Assembly (NCBI GenBank): GCA_963847705.1
Contig: CAWKBC010000035.1
Location: forward strand, 32,001 to 96,000
DNA length: 64,000 nucleotides
Reading direction: 5' to 3'
From: an uncultured Pseudomonadota bacterium
Lineage (GTDB): Bacteria; Myxococcota_A; Polyangia; Fen-1088
Below the pieces are notes generated by a model. It did no database searches. It saw only the letters and a list, made by a program, of their open reading frames with translations, and had not been told where the DNA came from. Each line of letters opens with the position of its first letter. The stretch's first letter is position 1. Of this stretch, positions 27,360-37,024 are shown in pieces. The position numbers were made by a program, and so were the translations under genes.

Positions 27360-28805
27360 ATGCTCGACCTGGTCGACGTCGGTGAGTCGTCCCTGTCGTC
27401 CTACGCGGGGGTCGCCCCCGGCGATCTTCTCGACGCTGTGTCGCGCACCGCGCAAGCGCTCCGCGGCGCGCGCGTGCTGCACGTCAACGCCACACCTTAC
27501 GGCGGAGGTGTCTCGGAGCTGCTCCGCTCCGTGGTGCCGCTGCTCAACGATCAGGGCCTCTCGGCCGACTGGCGGATCATCAGCGGCGACGAGCCATTCT
27601 TCCAGGTGACCAAGGCGATCCACAACGGGCTGCAGGGGGCGAAGGTGCAGCTCTCCGACGCCGACAAGGCGCGCTACCTGGCGACCTCGCGCGCCAACGC
27701 CGTGGGCTTCGACCTGGGCTACGACTTCATCTTCATCCACGATCCGCAGCCGGCCGCGCTGCTGGGGTTCACCGGCAAGGGAGGGGCGCGGTGGATCTGG
27801 CGCTCGCACATCGACACCGCGAACGCGAATCCGGAGGTCTGGAGCTTTCTGCGCCCGTTCCTGGCCGAGTACGACGCGTCCATCTTCACGATGGCCGAGT
27901 TCGTCCCCGCCGACCTGCCCACGCCGGTCGTCGAGATCATCCCCCCCGCCATCGATCCCCGGAACCCGAAGAACCTGGCGCTCCCGGTGGCGACGGCCCG
28001 CCAGGTCCTGGAGTGGATCGGCGTCCGCACCGCGCACCCGCTGGTCACGCAGGTCTCACGCTTCGATCCCTGGAAGGATCCGCTGGGCGTCATCGAGGCC
28101 TGTCGGCTGGCCCGCCAGGAGGTGCCCGAGCTGCAGCTGGCCCTGGTGGGGTCGATGGCCTCCGACGATCCCGAGGGCTGGGACATGTACCGCGCCATCC
28201 GGAGCGCGATCGCCGGCGACAAGCGCACGCACCTGTTCACGAACCTGGTCGGCGTCGGCAACGTCGAGGTCAACGCCTTCCAGGCGCTGTCGAAGGTGGT
28301 GGTCCAGAAGTCGCTGCGCGAGGGGTTCGGGCTGGTCGTCGCCGAGGCGTTGTGGAAAGGGACGCCGGTCGTCGCCGGTCGGGCCGGCGGCATCCCCCTG
28401 CAGATGGCCGACGGGACGGGCGGCATCCTGGTCGACAGCGTCGAGGAGTGTGCGCGCGCGCTGGTCACACTGCTGCGCGACCAGGAGCGCGCACGCGCGC
28501 TGGGCGCCAGCGGCCGCGAGCGCGTGCGGCGGCACTTCCTGACCCCGCGGCTGGTCCTCGACGAGCTCTCGCTCATGCGGCGCATGGCGACCGGCGCCCC
28601 CGCGGGCCGCGCCTACGAGCTGGGGTCCCACCGCGATCCGGTCTGCGGCATGGCGGTCGAGGCGGGCGAGCAGACCACCACCCTCGACGGGTTCACGCTC
28701 AGGTTCTGCTCGTCCCAGTGTCGCGCGACCTTCGCGCGCGACCCCGAGCGCTACCTGGGCGCGACGGGGGCGCAGGCACTTGGCGCCGGAGCGACCGCCG
28801 GCTGA
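27360..28805 (+). CDS. treT: Trehalose synthase-like GT4 (TreT-like) with C-terminal YHS domain
   Basis: GGGVSE, HDPQP, WRSHID, SRFDPWKD, EGFGL; C-terminal DPVCGM...FCSSQC...F..DPERY. Confidence 0.8.
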   Translation: MLDLVDVGESSLSSYAGVAPGDLLDAVSRTAQALRGARVLHVNATPYGGGVSELLRSVVPLLNDQGLSADWRIISGDEPFFQVTKAIHNGLQGAKVQLSDADKARYLATSRANAVGFDLGYDFIFIHDPQPAALLGFTGKGGARWIWRSHIDTANANPEVWSFLRPFLAEYDASIFTMAEFVPADLPTPVVEIIPPAIDPRNPKNLALPVATARQVLEWIGVRTAHPLVTQVSRFDPWKDPLGVIEACRLARQEVPELQLALVGSMASDDPEGWDMYRAIRSAIAGDKRTHLFTNLVGVGNVEVNAFQALSKVVVQKSLREGFGLVVAEALWKGTPVVAGRAGGIPLQMADGTGGILVDSVEECARALVTLLRDQERARALGASGRERVRRHFLTPRLVLDELSLMRRMATGAPAGRAYELGSHRDPVCGMAVEAGEQTTTLDGFTLRFCSSQCRATFARDPERYLGATGAQALGAGATAG

Positions 28806-28808
28806 CGG

Positions 28809-29108
28809 CTACAGCTTGCCGCGCGGCGAGCGCTCGCCGGCCTCCCGTCGGGCGGCGTGCTCTTCGGAGGCCGCCTCGATGTCCTCGTCGTCCCCATCAC
28901 CAGCGTCCCGGGGCTTGGAGACCTGCGGCTGCTCGTCCAGGGAAGGGTGATGCAGACGGCGACTCTCCACGTCGGCGCGAACAGGGGCACTGCCCTCCGC
29001 ACGGTCGGCGGCACGTTCCGCTTGGTCGCCCGGTTTTTCCTCCACGGCGTCACCTTTCCAGTGCGATGGCTGCTCCCTGCTGGCCTTCTTGCCGCTCTTC
29101 TTCGCCAT
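28809..29108 (-). CDS. Small hydrophilic hypothetical protein
   Basis: MAKKSGKK... charged ORF filling the gap. Confidence 0.45.
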   Translation of the reverse strand: MAKKSGKKASREQPSHWKGDAVEEKPGDQAERAADRAEGSAPVRADVESRRLHHPSLDEQPQVSKPRDAGDGDDEDIEAASEEHAARREAGERSPRGKL

Positions 29109-29215
29109 GCCCGGAAGCTGTCCACCCGAGCAGAGTTCGTCAACTCGTGCCCCTCCGGGTCGAACCAGGTCGGCCGGGTTGCCGACCACGGCCGGCGGTC
29201 CTAAGCTCGAAGCCC

Positions 29216-29458
29216 ATGGGGCACCTCATGGACCGCTGCGATGTGATCGACGTGCTGGAAGAATCGGTGACGTTGCGCCGGCCGGTCACGGTCGAGCTGA
29301 AGGGGGGCAAACACTTCGTCGATCAACCGAAGGACGTCGTGACCGCCGACCACCGCGAGTGGGTGCAGTTCCACCAGCACGAGCAGATCGCCGTCGACGA
29401 CATCGCCTTCTGCGCGCCGGCGTCGCCGCCCGAGGCGACCTACCGCGGCAAGACCTAG
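29216..29458 (+). CDS. Small Rof/YaeO-like protein (Rho modulator family)
   Basis: CDVIDVLE...VTVELKGG...KDVVT..HREWV resembles Rof; strong GC3 codon bias. Confidence 0.55.
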   Translation: MGHLMDRCDVIDVLEESVTLRRPVTVELKGGKHFVDQPKDVVTADHREWVQFHQHEQIAVDDIAFCAPASPPEATYRGKT

Positions 29459-29473
29459 GTCCGGTTCAACCAG

Positions 29474-29615
29474 CGACCAGCGTGGGACGGTCCGAAACGA
29501 CCAGCATGGGACGGTCCGAAACGACCAGCATGGGACGGTCCGAAACGACCAGCATGGGACGGTCCGAAACGACCAGCATGGGACGGTCCGAAACGACCAG
29601 CGTTGGACGGTCCGA
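29474..29615. repeat. Intergenic 24-bp tandem repeat, 6 copies (last partial)
   Basis: CGACCAGCATGGGACGGTCCGAAA repeated without spacers. Confidence 0.92.
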
Positions 29616-29714
29616 GGTGATGCAGGTGTGGCCGCGGCGGAGCTCGAACCACTGCCCCCGCGTCGTATATCGGTGAGCGTGCCAGAGGCACAGCCAGGCG
29701 TTGCATTTTCGGGC

Positions 29715-30206
29715 ATGAGGACCACTCTTGCGTGGATGCGTGCATTTCACGGGCGTCTCATCGGTGCCACCTGCTTGCTTGCTTCGGCGTCGTTCGGATG
29801 CACGCGTGCGTCCGAAAGCTCGACGCCTGGCGCAGCAGGGACGGCCGGGAGCGTCGTGCGCGACGACATGAGAGGCGTGGCCAAAACGACCGAGAAGACG
29901 GCGAAAGACATCGGCCACGCCGCCGTCGACCTCGCCGACAAGGCGGGCAGCGGCCTCCAGGACGCGACCCACAAAGCCAGCGCCGGCGGCCAGGACGCCT
30001 GGATCACGACAAAGGTCAAAAGCGCGCTGACGAGCGATGGCTTGGACCCCCTCCACATCCACGTCGACACCGACGCCGAGGTCGTCACGCTCTCCGGTTC
30101 CGTCGATTCGGCGGCCAACAGAGAGAAGGCGGTCAGCGTGGCCAGGCACGTCACTGGCGTGCTCGGGGTGAAGGACCACCTGTTCGTAAAGCCCGATACC
30201 CGTTAG
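29715..30206 (+). CDS. BON-domain (OsmY-like) lipoprotein
   Basis: Lipobox-like SFGC; DAWITTKVKSAL...IHVDT...VTLSG...A..V.GV..V.D.L. Confidence 0.85.
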   Translation: MRTTLAWMRAFHGRLIGATCLLASASFGCTRASESSTPGAAGTAGSVVRDDMRGVAKTTEKTAKDIGHAAVDLADKAGSGLQDATHKASAGGQDAWITTKVKSALTSDGLDPLHIHVDTDAEVVTLSGSVDSAANREKAVSVARHVTGVLGVKDHLFVKPDTR

Positions 30207-30251
30207 GCGCCGCGAAGGCCCGGTGCTGTGCCCAGTTCAGATGACTTCGAC

Positions 30252-30296
30252 TTGTGGGCGCGGCGGGACTCGAACCCACTACCCCCGGCTTCGGAG
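30252..30296. repeat. att core, left copy (duplicated tRNA-Arg 3' portion)
   Basis: TTGTGGGCGCGGCGGGACTCGAACCCACTACCCCCGGCTTCGGAG, identical to 52782-52826. Confidence 0.95.
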
Positions 30297-30644
30297 TTAT
30301 CGAAAATCCATCAGCAACGCGTTGCAAGCGTTAGCAAGGGCGCGACAGTATTGCATTTACTTGGCGCGTCAGAGCTTGACCAGTTGCAGCAACAAGCACC
30401 GTTTAGCAGTCCGTTTGCTACATCTGTGCTACAGGCGGCTGTAGCAAATCGAGCCGGGGGTAGTGGGTCTGGGGGACCCTTGCTGACCGTGCGGGAGGTG
30501 GCCGAGCGGCTACGCGTCTGTACCGCGACGGTGTACCGACTGTGCGAGTCGGGAAGGCTCTGGCACCTCCGCGTCTCGAACGCCGTGCGGGTGCCAGAGA
30601 TGGCGCTACAGGCGTTAATGGGCCCGACGGCGCCTGGTCCATAG
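30297..30644 (+). CDS. Detached C-terminal segment of the integrase, ending in an HTH_17/excisionase-like domain
   Basis: In frame with the att-core peptide LWARRDSNPLPPASE; LLTVREVAERLRVCTATVYRLCESGRL. Confidence 0.7.
   Translation, partial: LSKIHQQRVASVSKGATVLHLLGASELDQLQQQAPFSSPFATSVLQAAVANRAGGSGSGGPLLTVREVAERLRVCTATVYRLCESGRLWHLRVSNAVRVPEMALQALMGPTAPGP
30413..30433. promoter_or_regulatory. Putative integrase arm-type site
   Basis: GTTTGCTACATCTGTGCTACA, identical to 52691-52711; inverted TGTAGCAAA at 30440. Confidence 0.7.
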
Positions 30645-30776
30645 CTAAGACGGCTGAGAGGCGGCGACCACCCGACTATCGTTCCCTGTCGGGAAGGTAG
30701 AGGGCACGAAGCACCTCCTCAATCTGCTGCAGCGTCCAGGGCTTCAGCATGCCTGAATTCTAGTACGCTGCCCCTC

Positions 30777-31499
30777 ATGGGCGACGTAGATCAGGAATCG
30801 TTTTCGGGCGTGCCGAACGCGGTCCTGGACACGAATGTCGGCCTCACGATCTATTCGTGGCACGACCTGCTCGATGCGCTGAGGGCGCTCTTGGACCAAG
30901 ACCAGAACGCGACGCTGGCGCACCCGGCCCTTGAATTTCGGCGACGACGGGCACGCAACGCCTTCTTGCTGGCTCTGTTTTTTCACCAAAACGAGTGGAA
31001 GGCCCTCGTGCCACTCAACGAGTTGCTTAGGATTCTGCTTGCGAAGGTGCCCCCGACCGGCGCCGAGCACGGCTACAAGTCCAACTTTGTCCGGCTGTAC
31101 CTGTACTTCGTCAAAGACAAGCTACTGTCAGGATGGGAAGCGGGCGGAGACCTCAACAGCGATGCGACCCTCAAGGGCAGCGATGTCGACCGGCTCTGCC
31201 TCGACCTGGCGGCACACCACCAGATCCCGCTCATCAGTTGGGAGGGCGACGGGCCTACCGGCCCCGATCCTTCTAAGCTGATCCCTCGCGAAGCGAGGGC
31301 GCGAGGGATCAATCTGGTCACACCGGAGGAGCTGTTGCTAAGGCACAAATTCGACCCGGCCCCGGCTGCCGCCCGGTTTCTCTCAGACTGGGACCGACAC
31401 GTGGCCGACTACGTATCGGAAAGCCCAGATGCGCGAGAAACGCTGGAATACGCTCGCCCGTTTTTCCAACGCTTGGCAGAGAACGATTGGACACCCTGA
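30777..31499 (+). CDS. Hypothetical protein, possible PIN-like fold
   Basis: N-terminal AVLDTNV; later SDVD...LISWE. Confidence 0.5.
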   Translation: MGDVDQESFSGVPNAVLDTNVGLTIYSWHDLLDALRALLDQDQNATLAHPALEFRRRRARNAFLLALFFHQNEWKALVPLNELLRILLAKVPPTGAEHGYKSNFVRLYLYFVKDKLLSGWEAGGDLNSDATLKGSDVDRLCLDLAAHHQIPLISWEGDGPTGPDPSKLIPREARARGINLVTPEELLLRHKFDPAPAAARFLSDWDRHVADYVSESPDARETLEYARPFFQRLAENDWTP

Positions 31500-31500
31500 C

Positions 31501-32358
31501 TTATCGGGAGAGGCGCCGCTTCAGCTGTAGACGCGATCCCAGGTCTTCTTCTATCTGAAGTCCGCACGCCTGAAGCATGCTTGCGACGAGAGCGCGTCGT
31601 TCCTCGAAGCGATCGAACACGTCGTCATTCACCTTCCGACATCGGCGGACGTAGCGCTTCAACTGTTCCAGGGGCATCGCTTCAACGAGGGAGCGGTGAA
31701 GCACGACGTGCCTAGAGTTCGAGTTCCCGAAAGATCGCAGCGCGAGAGAATCCGCCACCGTCGAAAGATCCGTCCTGCTCGGGTCATCGAGGGGCATGGC
31801 GACGAGCGCGCGCGTCGGATGGACCGGCAGAGCCGCTCCAACTCCCAACCCGGAAAGGCAGCGGTGATCGGTGAAATAGACCGAGAAGATGCCTGTGGAG
31901 GGCACCGCCATAGGGGTCGACGCGACTACTAGACTTAGCGAGACTTGCTCGAGGTATTGGCGAACAAACTCGTCGATCTCATCGAGTGGCCACGTGGCTA
32001 GTCCCTCAAGGGTCCGGCTCGCATGTTGGCCGATCGGTGAGGCGACCCCTTCGAGGGCCGTCGAGGTTCGCGACCCCTGGAGCGCCAGCATCAAGACAGC
32101 AGCTCGTCGAGATTTTGGATCCTCTAGTGCCGAAGAATCTCCAGCTTCCAGGCGGGGGCGGGCGTCCCCAAACGGCGTTTCAACGACATCCCGGAGCCAA
32201 CTCTCGAGCGTCGGGCTGTTGAGATCGTCCTTGGCGTAGACGTCTTTCCATCGAGGGCTTCCAAGCACGTCGGTTGCCAAATCGAAGTGGTGCAGGAAGT
32301 CGCGGTCGATGCGCCAGCGCTTAGTGAGGGACTTCGAGAAGTAGTGGTCGAACGCCAT
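31501..32358 (-). CDS. DUF4238-like hypothetical protein
   Basis: N-terminal DHYFSKSLTKRW, late LPVHPTRALV. Confidence 0.45.
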   Translation of the reverse strand: MAFDHYFSKSLTKRWRIDRDFLHHFDLATDVLGSPRWKDVYAKDDLNSPTLESWLRDVVETPFGDARPRLEAGDSSALEDPKSRRAAVLMLALQGSRTSTALEGVASPIGQHASRTLEGLATWPLDEIDEFVRQYLEQVSLSLVVASTPMAVPSTGIFSVYFTDHRCLSGLGVGAALPVHPTRALVAMPLDDPSRTDLSTVADSLALRSFGNSNSRHVVLHRSLVEAMPLEQLKRYVRRCRKVNDDVFDRFEERRALVASMLQACGLQIEEDLGSRLQLKRRLSR

Positions 32359-32473
32359 CCTCAATCGCCGAGAGTCCGAGGCTAGCATGTGGCTGCTCAC
32401 CGAGATTCAGCACCGACCGCGCGGAGTTCTCCCGACCTCCCTCGCCGGGCGGTCGATCTACGTAGCGCCCACC

Positions 32474-33343
32474 ATGGCCGAAGGCGCTGGTAGAGTCGTC
32501 ATCGGCATGGCCCCCGCAGTGAAAGACGGGCGTGATCTAGAGCGTGCTGTCTTACTTATCGAGAAAATGATCCTGGATGAGTTCGGGCTCCCCAAGGGAC
32601 GGATCACCCTGGAGCCTCGCAAGAGAGTCGTCAGTCCCGAGGGGGTGCCGGACGAGATCGATCTTCACGTCCGAGTTGAACACGCTCCCGGCTACGAGTC
32701 TGTCGTCCTGTTCGAGTGCAAGGATTGGTCGACCCCCTCAGACAAGGACGACGTAGAAATACTGAAAGGGAAGATGGGCCGGGCGAATGCTTCGGGGGGC
32801 GTTCTCGTCGCGCGAGCCTTCACCAGAGGTGCGCGGGCGCTGGCCGATGCGAGCCGGAACATAAAGCTTCGTTTGGCCATGAATATCCCGGTCTCATCGT
32901 TTCTCGAACAGTACGAGGCTTCGTACTTCCACTTTCGAGATCTTCAATACAACGTTCTTTCGAAGCACGACCTCGTGACGGGAGATCCAGAAGCGGTCCC
33001 GGTCACATTCCGCGGCCTTTCAACCAACCTGGACGCTCTTGCTAGACAGCTAGCCATGGACTCAGCGAGCATTCGTCTCAACGACGAGCCCTGGCCGCTG
33101 CCGGACCCCTACTTCGGACAGAGCTACATCATGAAGCCCGGCGAGCTATCGGTCGGCGGTTTCCCGGCACTTGCTCTCACCGTCCAGGCAACGATCGACG
33201 CGATCGGATCTCCTCCGATTCGAGTCGTTGGATTCGATCTCGAAGGCCGGGGCAAGGTCATCCAATTCGTCTATCGCTGGCCGAGTGGCGAAGAGCATTT
33301 CGTCGCTTTAGCGGCCCCGCCTGAAACGGATAGGGTGAAGTAG
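32474..33343 (+). CDS. Restriction-endonuclease-like protein (Mrr_cat, PD-(D/E)xK)
   Basis: EIDL...FECKDW...GVLVA..FT.GA; start uncertain. Confidence 0.7.
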   Translation: MAEGAGRVVIGMAPAVKDGRDLERAVLLIEKMILDEFGLPKGRITLEPRKRVVSPEGVPDEIDLHVRVEHAPGYESVVLFECKDWSTPSDKDDVEILKGKMGRANASGGVLVARAFTRGARALADASRNIKLRLAMNIPVSSFLEQYEASYFHFRDLQYNVLSKHDLVTGDPEAVPVTFRGLSTNLDALARQLAMDSASIRLNDEPWPLPDPYFGQSYIMKPGELSVGGFPALALTVQATIDAIGSPPIRVVGFDLEGRGKVIQFVYRWPSGEEHFVALAAPPETDRVK

Positions 33344-33582
33344 ACCAGTCGACGCGAGGTTCGCCCGGCCTTCAAGGCCGGGTGACTCCTACTTGACCGG
33401 CAGAGGCGAGCGATCCAAGCTCTTCCCTGGTCGGTCGGTTCCGGCCTCACCTCGCACAGACTGCCGGCACGCAGTCCCCGGCGGGGCGAAGGGGGGATGT
33501 CCTCAGAGCCGAGATGCTCGTTTCCTCGCTGAGAGTCACCAGGTGCCGCTGCGCTGGCGCTCGGCTGGAAGGAAACAGTGTC

Positions 33583-34668
33583 ATGGGAAGCAAGTTCAAA
33601 GACTTGGTCAGGGCGCGGATGGCGAAGACGAACGAGGGGTGGGAGACGGCTGTGCGCCACGTCCGGGCCCAAACCCAGGCTGTGGGTGGCCAAGGTGGAG
33701 GCGGGCAGCAGCAGCCGCCCGCGAGGCCGCCGATCGAGGCGTTGATGGAGCAGCCGCCCGGCCGTAGGTCGGCCGACGAGCTGTTGGCGCTGTTGCACAC
33801 GACGAGCACCTTCGCCGTGCTCGTCGGTAGAATCCCGGCCGCGGCCGGCGGAGCGAACCTCGCGCTCGTGATGAAGCAAGTGGACGACCTCGCTCGGAAT
33901 CCGAAGTATTACGCGAAGACGGGCGGGGTCGACATGACGGTATCACTGGACGAGCACAACGCGCTGATCGCCGCCGGCGCCATCGACGACCGCAAGGGCC
34001 AGATCATCCGCTCGCACCGGTTCGCGGCCGGGGAGCCATTCCAAAGACTCACGTTCTCCGACCAGTGCAAGGAGTGCCGTCGGTGGATCTGGTGCGGCGA
34101 GGCGGATCGCGAGTCGAAGTGTATCTGTGGGCATACATACCGCGTGTCCTTCGACCTGGTTGCCGAGCTGGTCTGGGGAAAGAAGCAACACCAACACTGC
34201 ATGGACTGCGGTGCGGATTTCGCGATGCACCCCGTGAGCGAGGGCAATAGCCCCTGGCACCCAGTGAGCATGTGGCAGTTGCAGTGCGACAACTGCCGTC
34301 GGTCCGCAACGCCCAACAGCGGCGCCCGTCAAACGGCGACGACCGATGGCCATCGGATGGATCGCGACGACATCGACGAGACCGTCCGACTCCTGGAACA
34401 ACAGGCGACCTTGCTTGGCGCACGCTCGGAGGCCCGAGCGGCGGTTATCGCAGAGTTGCAGGCGCTCCTTCCTCGGCTGTCTGAGAAGGTCAATCCACCT
34501 AGGACGAGGCCCGTCAGTTTCACGCGATCGAGTTCGGCACCACGCGGCCGTCCCGAACGTGACCGCTACAGGGCGCTCATGGGCCGCGTCTACGACGCGC
34601 TCGAAAAGCTGAATGCTCCTTTCTCCGAACCGGCCGAGCCCTGGGACAGCGATTCCGTCGGTCCCTGA
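33583..34668 (+). CDS. Hypothetical Cys-rich (Zn-ribbon) protein
   Basis: KDLVRARMAKT N-terminus; CKEC, CICG, CMDC, CDNC. Confidence 0.6.
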   Translation: MGSKFKDLVRARMAKTNEGWETAVRHVRAQTQAVGGQGGGGQQQPPARPPIEALMEQPPGRRSADELLALLHTTSTFAVLVGRIPAAAGGANLALVMKQVDDLARNPKYYAKTGGVDMTVSLDEHNALIAAGAIDDRKGQIIRSHRFAAGEPFQRLTFSDQCKECRRWIWCGEADRESKCICGHTYRVSFDLVAELVWGKKQHQHCMDCGADFAMHPVSEGNSPWHPVSMWQLQCDNCRRSATPNSGARQTATTDGHRMDRDDIDETVRLLEQQATLLGARSEARAAVIAELQALLPRLSEKVNPPRTRPVSFTRSSSAPRGRPERDRYRALMGRVYDALEKLNAPFSEPAEPWDSDSVGP

Positions 34669-34698
34669 TTTTTCGGTGTCTCAGGCTGCTTGAACTGT

Positions 34699-34736
34699 GA
34701 GAGACCCGCAATCTTCGGGGTGCGGGCCTCTCTTTT
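34699..34736 (+). terminator. Rho-independent terminator
   Basis: GAGAGACCCGCA-loop-TGCGGGCCTCTC-TTTT. Confidence 0.65.
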
Positions 34737-34819
34737 GGCCGGGTGTGACCGAGGCCGATGCCAGCTGACCGCGCGCGTGTCGCGCCGATCGCCCGGCCCG
34801 CCACGCCGGAGGTCATCCT

Positions 34820-36181
34820 CTACTGGTAAATCAGGGTGAATCCGGTGAGCACAGACGTGCCGAATCCAGTGATCGTGAGGTCATGCCAGCCGGCTTCCAG
34901 CGGCCGGTCGAAACGGAGCACGAAAGGGTCGCTCCACGCTCCGGGCCTCTGCCTTTCGTGCGAGGCGCGCACGTCCCAGCGTTGACTTACTGCAGTCCCC
35001 ATCTTGATCTCTAGAGAGAAAGTGTCGCCGAGCCCGAACGCTCGTACGCGAGCGATGAACGATTGGGTCCTGGCAGCGATGTAAACGGGCAGCGAGCCGA
35101 GTTCATCAACGGCAGGGAGTGCGTTCACACGACCAGGCACAATCGCCTGAGAAAGGTTGCAGTCCGTGTTCGAATTTGTGGAGAGAAACGAGAAGGCGGT
35201 GAGGCCCTTGACGCTCGCGCTGACGGCTAGCCGATCATCAATCTCGCGCAACAACATGGCTCCATCTCGAATCGTTACTTCGTCCCGCCGAGTGACGATG
35301 CACTTTCCCAGCAACGAGAGCGTCTGGTGCATTCCCTGCGCGTCGGGATACCTCGCGGCCAAAGCCGGCCCCTCCCTGTAAAACTGTGAGGCCATTACGT
35401 TGTTCCCAGCGAGCAGAAAGTAGATGACCTTCGCCAGAGCGAAGACATCGACCTCTGGCCCATAGTCGCGTTCGTCTCCGAATTGCACCCAATCGGGCAC
35501 CCAGTCACGACTGTGGACCGGATCCATGCCGGTCATTCTGGTTGTATCAGCCGTTGGGAGAACGATTCCAAGGTCTCCGAGGATGAGACGGTCGTCGTCC
35601 CCAACAAAGATGTTCTTCAACTTTACGTCTCGATGAACGGCGCCGCCGGCATGCATCTGTGCCAGTGCTTCGGCGAGCGGTCGAACGGCTCGAAGCACCC
35701 CGAAGGGGCTCCCGCGAAACTTGGAGCGATGCTGCTCAGCGTCGAGGGAACCCCCAAGATGCGCTTGCATCGCGAACCAGCGCGGCGGATTCGATTGGTC
35801 GCAGTCTATGAGTCGGATGAGTGCCGGGTGTGGAAACTTGCGCATGGCTTCCACCTCCCTCTGAAAACGCGCCAGGTCAGGACCATCTGAGGCATGAGGG
35901 ATCTTTACGGCGGTTAGAGCTTCCCCGGTGCGACTCGCCCTGAGTAAACGCTCGACGAGAACTTCTGCATTCGGCGAACTTGGGGCGGCAACTCGGAAAC
36001 CGCCCCCCGCGGCGTTGTGGGCCAGGTTCAGGATCCAGCGTTCGTAGTTCGTGAACCAACCTACTAGAAAGCGTTCAACGCAGAGGAACACAGCCCCGCC
36101 GCCACCGCGACCAAGCTCTCGAAGTGGTTGCCACCGCGTTGTCTCTAGGAGCTTTCGAACTTCATCCGTGGCGTCCGCCAT
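34820..36181 (-). CDS. Ser/Thr protein kinase (island cargo)
   Basis: LGRGGGG, AVK, RFQRE, HRDVKLKN, DLG, DVFAL. Confidence 0.85.
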   Translation of the reverse strand: MADATDEVRKLLETTRWQPLRELGRGGGGAVFLCVERFLVGWFTNYERWILNLAHNAAGGGFRVAAPSSPNAEVLVERLLRASRTGEALTAVKIPHASDGPDLARFQREVEAMRKFPHPALIRLIDCDQSNPPRWFAMQAHLGGSLDAEQHRSKFRGSPFGVLRAVRPLAEALAQMHAGGAVHRDVKLKNIFVGDDDRLILGDLGIVLPTADTTRMTGMDPVHSRDWVPDWVQFGDERDYGPEVDVFALAKVIYFLLAGNNVMASQFYREGPALAARYPDAQGMHQTLSLLGKCIVTRRDEVTIRDGAMLLREIDDRLAVSASVKGLTAFSFLSTNSNTDCNLSQAIVPGRVNALPAVDELGSLPVYIAARTQSFIARVRAFGLGDTFSLEIKMGTAVSQRWDVRASHERQRPGAWSDPFVLRFDRPLEAGWHDLTITGFGTSVLTGFTLIYQ

Positions 36182-36366
36182 GGATGCGCACTCTATGCCG
36201 CAATACCGCCACCGAACAGAGCCGTCGAACGTGCGGTGCTGGCTTCGTCCGGCCCACGCCGCCGGATTGACGTCGAGGGTGATTCTCGGCCAAGCTCATC
36301 TGTGCTCGGGCCATGGGGGGGCGGTTTCGACCGCGGTCGCGAGGAACAGTTCGCTGGAGAAAACTC

Positions 36367-36663
36367 ATGGCAAACACTGTCGTCGTTACCGTCACCCGCG
36401 ATGCCGACTCGCTGATCTTCGACGTGGGGCAAGGCGCCGAGGATGTTCGAAAGCTGCCAGGCTTCAAAGACACCCGGTTCAAGATCAAAGTGTCTGACCT
36501 GTCGACAGGCCCGGACTCGAAGGAAACGATGCTGGCGGCCTGCCGTCAGCTCGGCGGAGACCAGTGGCGTGCAGATCTGAACTGGCAACTGGTGGACGAA
36601 CGGGGAAACGGCATCGAGGAGTTTCCAGCGTTCAGTGAACGTGGCGGGACGCTCGGTGCCTGA
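36367..36663 (+). CDS. Hypothetical protein
   Basis: GGAG RBS, 98-aa ORF. Confidence 0.5.
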   Translation: MANTVVVTVTRDADSLIFDVGQGAEDVRKLPGFKDTRFKIKVSDLSTGPDSKETMLAACRQLGGDQWRADLNWQLVDERGNGIEEFPAFSERGGTLGA

Positions 36664-36934
36664 ACAAAAACGGTTTACCGGCGGACTCCCAGGTGACGCC
36701 CGAATCACATGCAGAGGGCCGTGCGGTCGAATCGTCGACCCGATCGAGGCGCTCACCAGCAGATGGACGAATATTCTGAAGGTCGTGGGAGAGGAACGCG
36801 CCTATCGAGGCACGTGCCCTGATTGCGTCATGGCCAGCATCGACGAACTGCGGGAAAAGCCGAAACGTCCAAGGCGAGCAGCCCCCAAAAAGAGAAGGGT
36901 GGGCACTGGAAGCGCCAAGCGGAAACGGCGTTAG
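36635..36934 (+). CDS. Hypothetical small Zn-binding/basic protein
   Basis: CRGPC...CPDC with a basic tail. Confidence 0.4.
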   Translation: MNVAGRSVPEQKRFTGGLPGDARITCRGPCGRIVDPIEALTSRWTNILKVVGEERAYRGTCPDCVMASIDELREKPKRPRRAAPKKRRVGTGSAKRKRR

Positions 36935-37024
36935 CTCGCGACCGCTCGACCGCGTAACCGGTCTCGCCTGAATGGGTTTCGGGGACCAGCGTTCTCCCGG
37001 CATGCCTAGCCGGGTCGAGAGTAG

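Noticed and set aside
29474-29615. CRISPR array
   Set aside because: Units are contiguous with no unique spacers, and no cas genes are in the window.
30252-30296. Second tRNA gene
   Set aside because: Only the 3' part up to the anticodon loop is present; it is the att duplication.
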